From: Candidatus Woesearchaeota archaeon
GTDB taxonomy: Archaea > Nanobdellota > Nanobdellia > Pacearchaeales > GW2011-AR1
NCBI GenBank assembly: GCA_964492145.1
Contig: CAZBJC010000001.1
Location: 1 to 33,895 of the forward strand
Length of the DNA stretch: 33,895 nucleotides
Direction of reading: 5' to 3'
Numbering within the stretch: the first letter of the stretch is position 1; each line of letters opens with the position of its first letter. This document shows positions 7,069 through 15,610 of this stretch, in pieces. Below the pieces are notes generated by a model. It made no database searches. It was not told the DNA's origin and saw only the letters and a program-made list of their open reading frames with translations. The position numbers were made by a program, and so were the translations under genes.

Positions 7069-10000
7069 ACACTCAAGAATATTTTAAAAATCTTAGAAAA
7101 GAAGTTGATAAAATTTATAGTTTAGCAGAAAAAGCAAAAAAAACTAAATTAGATCCTGTTGATCATGTTGAAATTCCTTTAGCAATGACTATGGCTGAAA
7201 AAGTAGTCGGACTTATAAGCACTCTATATCCTCAGATGAAGGATAGTGGGATTTCTCAAAGAATAATAGAATTAGAAAAACAATACGGAAAATTAGATCC
7301 AACTGTTGTTTTTAAAATTGCAGAGGAAGTTGCAAAACAAAAATTTTGTAAATTTTCTAGTTTAATTGAAGCGATTGATGCAGGCATAAGAGTTGGATTT
7401 GCATATATTACTCTTGCTGTTGTCTCTTCTCCTATTGAAGGATTTACTGGATTAGAATTAGGAAAGACAAGAGATGGAAAAGAGTATTTTATTGCAAATT
7501 TTTCTGGTCCTATAAGAAGTGCTGGGACAACTGCGAGTTGTCTTGTTTTAATTTTGATTGATTATTTAAGGGAGTTATTTGGTTATGCAAAGTATGATGC
7601 AACTGAAGATGAAATTAAGAGAGTTGTGGCTGAAATAACAGATTTTCATGAGAGAATTACAAATTTACAATATTTTCCAACAGAAGAAGAAATGCTTTTT
7701 ATTGCAAAAAATCTCCCAATTCAAGTTGCCGGAGATCCTTCTGAAAAATTAGAAGTTTCTAATTATAAAAATTTAGAAAGAGTTAATACTAATTTTTTAA
7801 GAAGTGGAGTTTGCTTGGTTTTGGCAGAAGGTTTAGCTCAAAAAGCTGCAAAAGGATTAAGACTTTTAAACAAGGCAAAATCCCATGGCATTAAATCTAG
7901 TGGTTTTGATTGGCTTAAAGAATATGCAGAATTACATGAGGCAAGAAATAAAGGGGTTAAAGGAGCATCAGGACCTCCTGTTTATATTAAGGATTTGGTT
8001 GCTGGGAGACCTGTTTTTGGGCATCCTTCAAGATCAGGAGGTTTTAGATTTAGATATGGAAGAAATAGAGTAAATGGCTTTTCTGCTGCATCTCTTAATC
8101 CTGCAACTATGGCAATTACTGATAATTTTATTGCAATAGGAACTCAATTGAAAATTGAAAAACCAACAAAAGGGTGTGCAATTACAAGTTGTGATATGAT
8201 AGAAGGACCAATTGTAAAATTAATTAATGGAAATGTAGTCAAAATAAAAACAAAAGAACAAGCAAAAGAGCTTTATTCTGATGTTGAAGAGATTCTTTAT
8301 TTGGGAGATATTTTATTCCCTTTTAGTGATGTAGCTAATAGAAATTTTGAATTAGTTAAACCTGGTTATGTTCAAGAATGGTGGAAATTAGATTTAAGAA
8401 AAAAATCTCCTGATGATGAAAAAAAAATAAATGCTTTTGAAGTTTCTATTGATAAAGCTCTTTTTTTAAGTAAAAAATTTAATATTCCTCTGCATCCTGA
8501 TTATATTTTTTATTGGACTGAAATTTCAAAAGAAGAATTTGTTATTTTTCTTAACTGGCTTAAAAATTCATTTATACGAGAAAGAAAAATAATTTTTCCT
8601 TTTAATAAAACAGAACAGGAAAAATTTGAATTAGGAAAGAGAGCCTTGGAAATTTTAGGGGCAGAGCATATGGTGACTACTGAAAATGTTGTTTTAGACG
8701 AAATAAACAGCAAAGCTTTGCTTGCGAATTTAGGTGTTGATTTAAAAATTTTAGATTCTGATACTACTTTAAATAATTTTGTTGAGTTAAACAAATTTGA
8801 TTTTGAAAAAGATATCTTGAGAATTATTAATGATGTTTCTCAATTTAAAATTAAAGACAAAGCAGGAGATTTTATTGGAACGAGAATGGGAAGGCCTGAA
8901 AAAGCAAAACTTAGAAAATTGCAAGGAAGTCCAAATGTTTTATTTCCTATTGGAAGTGAAGGAGGAAGAATGAGAAGTTTGCAAACTGCTTGTGAAGTTG
9001 GAAAAGTAAGAGCAGAATTTCCAATTTATAAATGTGAAAATTGTGGAAAAGAAACAATCTATAAAGTTTGTGAAAATTGTGGAAAAGAAACAAAAAAATT
9101 GTTTTATTTTTATGACACACAAGAGAAAAAAACAACAAAGTATTGTCCATCGTCTGAAAGAGAAGGAACACCTTATTGCAGAATGGATTTAGACATTAAT
9201 CATTATTTTGATAAAGCTGTGGAAAAATTAGAAATGGAAGAAAATGAAATTCCTTTATTGGTAAAAGGTGTGAGGGGATTATCATCAGGAGAAAAGCAAA
9301 TGGAACATTTAGCAAAAGGATTGCTCAGAGCAAAATATGATTTGCAAGTGAATAAAGACGGAACAATTAGGTTTGATGCAACTGAACTTCCTTTGATTGC
9401 ATTTAAGCCTGTAGAGATTGGGGTTAGTATTGAAAAACTAAAAGAATTAGGATATGATAAAGATATTTATGGAAAGGATTTGGTTAATGAAGAACAGATT
9501 ATAGAATTAATGCCTCATGATATTCTTTTGCCAAGTTCTCCAGAAACTCCTGATGAGAGAGCCGACGATGTTTTTATTAAAATTTCTCAATTTGTTGATG
9601 AGGAATTAGAGAGATTTTATGGATTAGAAAGTTTTTATAATGTTAAAACAAGAGAGGATTTAGTTGGAAAATTAGGAGTTTGCATGGCTCCTCATAATTG
9701 TGCAGGGGTTATTTGCAGGATTGTTGGTTTTTCAAATACTCAGGGTTTAATGGCAAGTCCTTATATGCATGCTGCAATTAGAAGGGATTGCGACGGAGAT
9801 GAAGCTGCAGTTATGTTATTGGGGGATGTTTTATTAAATTTTTCTAGAAAATTTCTTCCAAGTCATCGAGGCGGAACTCAAGATGCTCCTTTAGTTTTAA
9901 ATGCTAAAATTGATGCAGGTGAAGTTGATGATCAAATTTTGGATTTTGAATTTGTTTCAAATGAAGAATATCCTTTAGAATTATATGAAAAAGCTGAACA

Positions 10001-10547
10001 AAGAAAACATTCTTCAGATGTGAAGGAGATTGTGCTTTGCAGTGATGTTTTAAAGCAAGGAAAAGACCCCTTTAGAAATTTTGGATTCACACATAGTTCA
10101 AAGAATTTTAATAATGGCATTGTTTGTTCTTCTTATAAACGTTTAGCTACTATGCAGGAAAAAGTTCAGCATCAAATGGAGTTGGTTGAGAGATTAAGAG
10201 CTGTGGATACATCAGATACTGCCCGTCTTATTATTGAAAGACATTTTATTAGAGATATGAGAGGTAATTTAAGAAAATTTTCTATGCAAGGATTTAGATG
10301 TGTGAGTTGTAATGAGAAATTTAGACGCCCTCCTTTGTCAGGAGTTTGTCCTGCTTGCGGGGGTAAAATAATATTTACAATCAATGAAGGAGGGATTAAA
10401 AAATATTTAGAGCCGGCATTAAATCTTGCTAAAAAATATGATTTATCTCCTTATATTAAACAGACTTTGCAATTAACAAAAGAATATATTGATTCTATTT
10501 TTGGAAAGGAGTTGGAAAAACAAGAATCAATTGAGAAGTGGTTTTGA
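7065..10547 (+). CDS. polC: DNA polymerase D (Pol II) large catalytic subunit DP2
   Basis: 1160 aa, collinear with archaeal DP2. Internal Cys4 motifs are 'CENCGKET...CENCGKET' and C-terminal 'CVSCNEKF...CPACGG'. At this length no intein-sized insertion is evident. Confidence 0.95.
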   Translation: MNTQEYFKNLRKEVDKIYSLAEKAKKTKLDPVDHVEIPLAMTMAEKVVGLISTLYPQMKDSGISQRIIELEKQYGKLDPTVVFKIAEEVAKQKFCKFSSLIEAIDAGIRVGFAYITLAVVSSPIEGFTGLELGKTRDGKEYFIANFSGPIRSAGTTASCLVLILIDYLRELFGYAKYDATEDEIKRVVAEITDFHERITNLQYFPTEEEMLFIAKNLPIQVAGDPSEKLEVSNYKNLERVNTNFLRSGVCLVLAEGLAQKAAKGLRLLNKAKSHGIKSSGFDWLKEYAELHEARNKGVKGASGPPVYIKDLVAGRPVFGHPSRSGGFRFRYGRNRVNGFSAASLNPATMAITDNFIAIGTQLKIEKPTKGCAITSCDMIEGPIVKLINGNVVKIKTKEQAKELYSDVEEILYLGDILFPFSDVANRNFELVKPGYVQEWWKLDLRKKSPDDEKKINAFEVSIDKALFLSKKFNIPLHPDYIFYWTEISKEEFVIFLNWLKNSFIRERKIIFPFNKTEQEKFELGKRALEILGAEHMVTTENVVLDEINSKALLANLGVDLKILDSDTTLNNFVELNKFDFEKDILRIINDVSQFKIKDKAGDFIGTRMGRPEKAKLRKLQGSPNVLFPIGSEGGRMRSLQTACEVGKVRAEFPIYKCENCGKETIYKVCENCGKETKKLFYFYDTQEKKTTKYCPSSEREGTPYCRMDLDINHYFDKAVEKLEMEENEIPLLVKGVRGLSSGEKQMEHLAKGLLRAKYDLQVNKDGTIRFDATELPLIAFKPVEIGVSIEKLKELGYDKDIYGKDLVNEEQIIELMPHDILLPSSPETPDERADDVFIKISQFVDEELERFYGLESFYNVKTREDLVGKLGVCMAPHNCAGVICRIVGFSNTQGLMASPYMHAAIRRDCDGDEAAVMLLGDVLLNFSRKFLPSHRGGTQDAPLVLNAKIDAGEVDDQILDFEFVSNEEYPLELYEKAEQRKHSSDVKEIVLCSDVLKQGKDPFRNFGFTHSSKNFNNGIVCSSYKRLATMQEKVQHQMELVERLRAVDTSDTARLIIERHFIRDMRGNLRKFSMQGFRCVSCNEKFRRPPLSGVCPACGGKIIFTINEGGIKKYLEPALNLAKKYDLSPYIKQTLQLTKEYIDSIFGKELEKQESIEKWF

Positions 10548-10643
10548 TTCTTGTTTCTGCACTTGCTCGCCAACAAGGTTTTATTGAGTTACATGTAATT
10601 TTTGAGTAGTAACTCTTATATACTCTAATTTTCTTTATTTTTT

Positions 10644-10994
10644 ATGCTTAAAAAATTAATAACTGCATCTGTTTTAGGACTTTTTTTTGTAGCAGGGTGT
10701 GGAAAAAATAGACAAGAATTATGGGAATATGGGAATTTTTCCTCTTTAAGAGAAGAGCAAGAACTTTTTGATAAATATTTTACAGAAAAAGAAAAGAGAG
10801 AGCTTCCATATAGAACAAAACTTTTTTATTTAAGATTAATCTCTGATGAAGCTAAAAGATACCAGGTTGATAAAGAAAAACAAAAAGAGGATGAAAAAAA
10901 GGCTAGAGAAGAATGCCAAAAAGCTTTTAGAGAATACAAAAATAAAGAAAAATCGTTGGGATTAATAGACAGCCCATCATGTTTGTTCTTTTAA
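10644..10994 (+). CDS. Small putative lipoprotein, charged/coiled
   Basis: 116 aa. The signal peptide has the lipobox-like 'LFFVAGC'. The last 68 nt overlap the convergent ORF 10927..12117. Confidence 0.45.
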   Translation: MLKKLITASVLGLFFVAGCGKNRQELWEYGNFSSLREEQELFDKYFTEKEKRELPYRTKLFYLRLISDEAKRYQVDKEKQKEDEKKAREECQKAFREYKNKEKSLGLIDSPSCLFF

Positions 10995-12117
10995 CTTTTA
11001 AAAAAATACTATAAATTCCTGTTAAAGTTGAGATAATTAATATTAATACTCCAAATATCCCTGAAACTAAAAAAACAATTGCAAATAAAATCAATAGAGT
11101 TATTATTGAGAGTTTAGTGTAATCAAATTCATTTAGTTTTTTTGAGAAAAATTCTGCTAAAAAAAGTGTGAGAAAAAAAGAAATCATCCCGCTTATCAAA
11201 GCAACTACTAAGATTAATAAGAGAATTTTCCATGAAAGAGCTCCAAAAATTTTTTGAATTGCAAGGGCTGCTCCTGTTCTGGTTTTTGAAATTATATAAA
11301 GAGAAATAAATGAGAATCCCATTACAAGAGTGTTTGTTGCTCCAAGGAGAACTAAAAATCCTCTTTTATTTTCTTTTGAGATTAAATTTCCAATTATTGC
11401 TGCTTGTCCACTTCCTAATCCTGGAAGAAAACTGCAAAGTGGCGAGGCAATCATTGCTCCTAAAACAGGCTTTATAATATTTAAATAAGGTTTTTTAATT
11501 GTTTGCTCTGGAATTTTTGTTTTATTTTTTATGCTTAAAATTAACATTGAACTTCCAAATAATCCTGTTAATAGAGGAAGAAGAGGTTGATTTATTTGTG
11601 AGTTTAAAACCAAAATTCCTAAAACACCTGAAAGTGAAAAAACTAAAAGGGCTTTTAATTTTCTTTTTTCCAGAGAGATTAAAAGAATAGAAATAAAAAT
11701 TAATAAATAAGGAATCAAATTTTTTATAGTCTCATAGATTTTTGAAATTAAAAATATTGATGGGAAAGCTATTATAATCAAAAGAAATATTGCTGCTAAA
11801 CTCCCATATGCTGTGAGAATTACAGCTTCATATCCAAGTCCTTTTTTTAATAATTCATGCCCTGGGAGAATTGAAAGTTCTGTGTCGGTGTCGGGACATC
11901 CTAAGAATATTGAAGGGATAAAGTCTAAAAAAGTATGAGTAATTGCCATCGATGAGATAAATACAACTAAATAGATTGGATTTATTGAATAAAAAAGAGA
12001 TGTAGAAAGAGTAACTAAAAAAATTCCTATTAAATTTATATGGATTCCCGGGATTAATCCAGTAAAAGTGCCTATGATTATCCCTGCTAAAAGAAAAAGG
12101 ATTATTTCAATTAACAT
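10927..12117 (-). CDS. Polytopic membrane protein, TctA/DUF112-like
   Basis: The start is moved to the internal ATG at 12117 ('MLIEIILFLLAGIIIGTFTGLIPGIH'). The 40-aa basic extension in the track would run across the divergent promoter and start of ORF 12172. 'GLIPGIH' and 'SFLPGLGSGQAAIIG' resemble the paired TctA motifs. More than 10 hydrophobic segments are present. Confidence 0.55.
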   Translation of the reverse strand: MLIEIILFLLAGIIIGTFTGLIPGIHINLIGIFLVTLSTSLFYSINPIYLVVFISSMAITHTFLDFIPSIFLGCPDTDTELSILPGHELLKKGLGYEAVILTAYGSLAAIFLLIIIAFPSIFLISKIYETIKNLIPYLLIFISILLISLEKRKLKALLVFSLSGVLGILVLNSQINQPLLPLLTGLFGSSMLILSIKNKTKIPEQTIKKPYLNIIKPVLGAMIASPLCSFLPGLGSGQAAIIGNLISKENKRGFLVLLGATNTLVMGFSFISLYIISKTRTGAALAIQKIFGALSWKILLLILVVALISGMISFFLTLFLAEFFSKKLNEFDYTKLSIITLLILFAIVFLVSGIFGVLILIISTLTGIYSIFLKVKRTNMMGCLLIPTIFLYFCIL

Positions 12118-12171
12118 TTTGTTAAAAAGACAATTAATAATCTTTTTAAATTCTATTTTTTTATTATAATA

Positions 12172-13098
12172 ATGAATAAAAAAATTTTTAGTTTTTTGAT
12201 AATCACAATCCTTTTTATATCTTTTATTTCTGCGCAAGCAACTAATAAAAACTCTAAAGGATTTTTTTCAAATGTTTTTTCTTGGATAAAAAATTTGTTT
12301 TTTAAAGAAAAAATTCCTGACGATTATTTTATTTTAATTGAAGGAGAAAATGCTGTTCTCTCTGGAAAAGGAAATTATACTTATTCTGGAAAAAGTGGAA
12401 GGGGTTCTGAATTATATCTTGGTGATAAAAATGTAAATGCCTCCTATATCTTTAATTCTTCATATTCTGGAAAATTCCAGCTTTATGCTTTTTTAGCAGA
12501 TGACGGAGTTCATGAAAATGGAGCAAGAGATGTTAATTTTTTTATAAATGGAAAAAAATACAAATATAGTCACATTTCTAAAAATTTAACTTGTGGAAAA
12601 AGCCCATATTCTTGGATTTATATTGCTGATGTTAAATTAAAAAAAGGAAATAATTCTATTTTAATTATAAAGCCTGAAACAACTTCTGCTGCTTTTGTAA
12701 TGGACAAATTTGAATTTACTAATCAAAATTTATCTAAACTGCAGAATTGCTCTGTTCCTATTGAAGAAAAAAATATTACAGAAAATAAAACAGAAGAGAG
12801 TCCTGTTGTTCCTATTCAAAAACCAGAAAAAAAATTTGCTGAAAATTATAAAGAGTACTTACAAGGAATGGAAGTCCCTTATCTTAATTCTTGCAGTGAA
12901 GCAAATAAATGGTTTGAGGGTTCAAATGGAAAAAAAGTTGGCTGTGATTCTTCTTTTAAAAAATGTTATGAAAGCTGTTCTAAGAAAAAATTATATCTTG
13001 TTTGTGACATGATGTGCCTTGATTCTGGTTATACTTCTTGTTACAATTCCTGCAGTCCTGTTAATCTTGATTCTGCTTGTGATAATAAATGTGATTAG
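12172..13098 (+). CDS. Secreted protein: signal peptide + CBM6/35-like beta-sandwich + Cys-rich tail
   Basis: The signal peptide is 'FLIITILFISFISAQA'. 'ILIEGENAVLSGKGNY...GSELYLGD...SGKFQLYAFLADDG...VNFFINGKKY...FVMDKFEF' resembles carbohydrate-binding-module architecture. The C-terminal 70 aa contain about 13 Cys. Confidence 0.5.
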   Translation: MNKKIFSFLIITILFISFISAQATNKNSKGFFSNVFSWIKNLFFKEKIPDDYFILIEGENAVLSGKGNYTYSGKSGRGSELYLGDKNVNASYIFNSSYSGKFQLYAFLADDGVHENGARDVNFFINGKKYKYSHISKNLTCGKSPYSWIYIADVKLKKGNNSILIIKPETTSAAFVMDKFEFTNQNLSKLQNCSVPIEEKNITENKTEESPVVPIQKPEKKFAENYKEYLQGMEVPYLNSCSEANKWFEGSNGKKVGCDSSFKKCYESCSKKKLYLVCDMMCLDSGYTSCYNSCSPVNLDSACDNKCD

Positions 13099-13132
13099 CA
13101 ACATTTAATAATTAAAAAATCTTTTTTATTCT

Positions 13133-14146
13133 ATGGATAAATTTGAATTAATCAAAAGAAATGTTCAAGAGATAATTGGAGAAGAAGATTTGAAAAAATT
13201 TCTTAAGGAAAATAAAAAACTCACAGTTTATTGGGGGACTGCTCCTACTGGAAAACCTCATGTTGGATATTTTTTGCCAATGCTTAAAATTGCGGATTTA
13301 TTAAATGCAGGATTTAAAGTTAAGATTCTTTTAGCTGACTTGCATGCATCATTAGACAATACTCCTTGGGATATTTTGGATAAGCGATATAAATATTATT
13401 CAGAAGTTATTCCTCTGATGGTTAAATCTATTGGAGCAGACATTAAAAATTTAGAATTTGTTAGAGGAAGAGATTTTCAATTAAAGAGTGATTATTTTTT
13501 TGATTTGTTAAAATTAAGCACTTTAGTTTCGGTGAGGGCTTCTACAAAAGCTGCTTCTGAGGTTATTAAAAATATTGAAGGAGAAAAAGCAAAGCTTTCT
13601 GGATTAATTTATCCTTTGATGCAAGTTTTAGACGAGGAATATCTTAAAGTTGATTGCCAGTTAGGAGGAACCGACCAGAGAAAAATTATGGTTTTAGCAA
13701 GAGAATTTCTTCCAAAAATAGGATATAAACAAAGAATAGAAATTCTAAACCCCCTTATTCCTGGATTAATTGGAAAAAAAATGTCTGCTAGTGATGAAAA
13801 ATCCAAAGTTGATTTATTAGATAGTGAAAAAGAAATACAAAATAAAATAAAAAATGCTGAGATGATTGCTGGAAATCCTGATAATGGGGTTATGGCTTTT
13901 TTAAAATATGTAATAATGACGATTAAAAAAGATAAAAAGGAAAAATTTATTGTGAAAAGGCCTGAAAAATTTGGAGGCGATTTAGAGTATAAGAATTATG
14001 AAGATATTGAAAAGGATTTTATTAATAAAAAATTACATCCTCTTGATTTAAAAAATGCTGTTGCAAAAGAGATTTTTAATCTATTGAAAGAAATTCAAAA
14101 GAAAAAATCAAAATTGCAAAAAATAGCTAAAGAAGCTTATCAGTAA
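13133..14146 (+). CDS. tyrS: Tyrosyl-tRNA synthetase, archaeal type
   Basis: 337 aa. The HIGH-like motif is 'GKPHVGY' and the KMSKS-like motif is 'KMSAS'. The N-terminal 'MDKFELIKRN' and C-terminal 'RPEKFGGDL...LHPLDLKNAVAKE' blocks are collinear with archaeal TyrRS as I recall it from Methanocaldococcus. Confidence 0.95.
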   Translation: MDKFELIKRNVQEIIGEEDLKKFLKENKKLTVYWGTAPTGKPHVGYFLPMLKIADLLNAGFKVKILLADLHASLDNTPWDILDKRYKYYSEVIPLMVKSIGADIKNLEFVRGRDFQLKSDYFFDLLKLSTLVSVRASTKAASEVIKNIEGEKAKLSGLIYPLMQVLDEEYLKVDCQLGGTDQRKIMVLAREFLPKIGYKQRIEILNPLIPGLIGKKMSASDEKSKVDLLDSEKEIQNKIKNAEMIAGNPDNGVMAFLKYVIMTIKKDKKEKFIVKRPEKFGGDLEYKNYEDIEKDFINKKLHPLDLKNAVAKEIFNLLKEIQKKKSKLQKIAKEAYQ

Positions 14147-14147
14147 T

Positions 14148-15044
14148 TTATTTTGTTTTAAATTCAATAATGTCTTTATCTTTTAATTTATGTTTTAATC
14201 CTACTTTTTGTCCAGGAAATTTTGAACTTGGACCCCATATTTTTGTTTCTTTTATTTTTTCTGAAAAACCCTTTAGAATTTTTTCTGCAACATCTTTTAC
14301 ATCTGAATCTAAATTAAGAATTATTGGTTTTTTTGAAGGTTCTTTTCCAGGTTCTTTTGTGTAGACTCTTATTTTATCAAAACTTTGAAAAATTTTTTCT
14401 TTTAATTCCTGGATTCCTTGCTTTGTTTTTATTGAAATAATAACATAATTGTATTTTTTTGAAGAAAGAGTTGCGGATATTTTTCTTTTGTCTTCTTCTT
14501 TGAATTGATTTAGAACAATTATTTTTTTTGCATTTGTTTTTTTTATTTTTTCCTGAATTTCCTGAATTTCTTTAATCTCTGTGATAAGAATTATAAGAGT
14601 GTCTGCTGTGTTTGTTAATCCTTTGTTATAATACTCTGATTCAATTGCAGGATTTTCAATTAACTGAATATTCACACCTTGATAATTCATTATTCCGATT
14701 ACTGGCGAAGTTGTTGAAAATTTTATAGGGCTAACTAAAGGTTTTGCATTTGTTAATTCTTTTATTAAAGACGATTTTCCTGAATTTGAAAATCCAATTA
14801 TTACTGCTTGCATATCTTCTTTTTTAATTCCAGGCAATCCTGATTTTGATTTTTTTGTTTTTGTTTGTTTATCTAGAAGTTTTTTTAAACGAGTTTTTAA
14901 TTGTTTTCTGAGATTTTCTGCACCTTTATGACTTGGAGCAAGAGAAATCATTTTTTTTAATTTAATAATCTTCTCTTTAGGAGTCTGCGCCTGGAGATAT
15001 TCTTTTTCTGCAGCTAAATATCCTGGATGAGCATTAATTGGCAT
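14148..15044 (-). CDS. Reduced DRG/Obg-family GTPase-like protein with C-terminal TGS domain
   Basis: 298 aa. The G1 motif is 'GFSNSGKSS'. The DRG-like 'IQLIENPAI' replaces 'IQLLDxPGI'. The C-terminal 'IRVYTKEPGK...IWGPSSKFPGQKVGLKHKLKDKDIIEF' is TGS-like. Confidence 0.7.
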   Translation of the reverse strand: MPINAHPGYLAAEKEYLQAQTPKEKIIKLKKMISLAPSHKGAENLRKQLKTRLKKLLDKQTKTKKSKSGLPGIKKEDMQAVIIGFSNSGKSSLIKELTNAKPLVSPIKFSTTSPVIGIMNYQGVNIQLIENPAIESEYYNKGLTNTADTLIILITEIKEIQEIQEKIKKTNAKKIIVLNQFKEEDKRKISATLSSKKYNYVIISIKTKQGIQELKEKIFQSFDKIRVYTKEPGKEPSKKPIILNLDSDVKDVAEKILKGFSEKIKETKIWGPSSKFPGQKVGLKHKLKDKDIIEFKTK

Positions 15045-15082
15045 AAAGTTATAAATTAAAGGAGCATTAAAAATTTAATCAA
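15045..15082. promoter_or_regulatory. Compact bidirectional promoter region (38 nt between divergent start codons)
   Basis: 'ttataaatta' lies about 28 nt upstream of the ATG at 15083. The reverse-strand 'aaatttttaat' lies at a similar distance from the ATG at 15044. Both mRNAs would be leaderless. Confidence 0.4.
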
Positions 15083-15610
15083 ATGCTTAAAAAAAATTTT
15101 TTCAAAAGAAAAGCAGACATAGTAGCAAAAGAATTATTAGGAAAAATTCTTTGCAGAAGGATTGATGGGAAAGTTTTAAAGTCAAAGATTGTGGAAACTG
15201 AAGCCTATTTTGGAGAAGATGACCCTGCATCAAGAGCATGCAAAGGAAAAAATAAAATTAGTGAAATGATGTGGGAATCTCCTGGAAAAATTCTTATTTA
15301 TAATGTTCATAAATATAAAATGTTAAATTTTATTACAGGCAAAGAAGGTGAAGCAAGCGCAGTTTTAATAAGAGCTCTTGAGCCTCTTAATTTTAAAGCA
15401 AGAACTTCAGGTCCGGGTTTGTTGACTGATTCATTAAAAATTGAGAAGACTTTTCATGGAGAAAGTATCTTTGAATTAAAAGAGCTTTTTTTAGAAAATT
15501 CTAATGAAGAGTTTGAAATTATTGAAAGTTCTAGAATTGGAGTGAGCAAAGATTTGCCAGTTAAATTGAGATTTTATATTAAAGATAATAATTTCATAAG
15601 TAAAAAATGA
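15083..15610 (+). CDS. 3-methyladenine (alkylpurine) DNA glycosylase, MPG/AAG family
   Basis: 175 aa. 'FFKRKADIVAKELLGKIL...IVETEAYFGEDDPASRA' and 'LIRALEP' match the Pur_DNA_glyco family signature. Confidence 0.85.
   Translation: MLKKNFFKRKADIVAKELLGKILCRRIDGKVLKSKIVETEAYFGEDDPASRACKGKNKISEMMWESPGKILIYNVHKYKMLNFITGKEGEASAVLIRALEPLNFKARTSGPGLLTDSLKIEKTFHGESIFELKELFLENSNEEFEIIESSRIGVSKDLPVKLRFYIKDNNFISKK

Noticed and set aside
7065-10547. An intein in PolD DP2 (common in some euryarchaea).
   Set aside because: At 1160 aa the protein is the size of an intein-free DP2. No block with intein splicing motifs or an HNH/LAGLIDADG-like insert was seen.
10927-10994. A 68-nt convergent overlap between the lipoprotein ORF and the TctA-like ORF, considered as a regulatory antisense arrangement.
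   Set aside because: It is equally explained by one ORF running on past its true functional end in AT-rich DNA. Nothing structural such as a hairpin or repeat marks the overlap.
12118-12237. A 40-aa N-terminal extension of the TctA-like ORF ('MRRNKRYKKDCDYQK...').
   Set aside because: The extension is basic and non-membrane. It overlaps the start of the divergent gene at 12172 and would leave no promoter space. The internal ATG at 12117 begins directly with the first TM helix.
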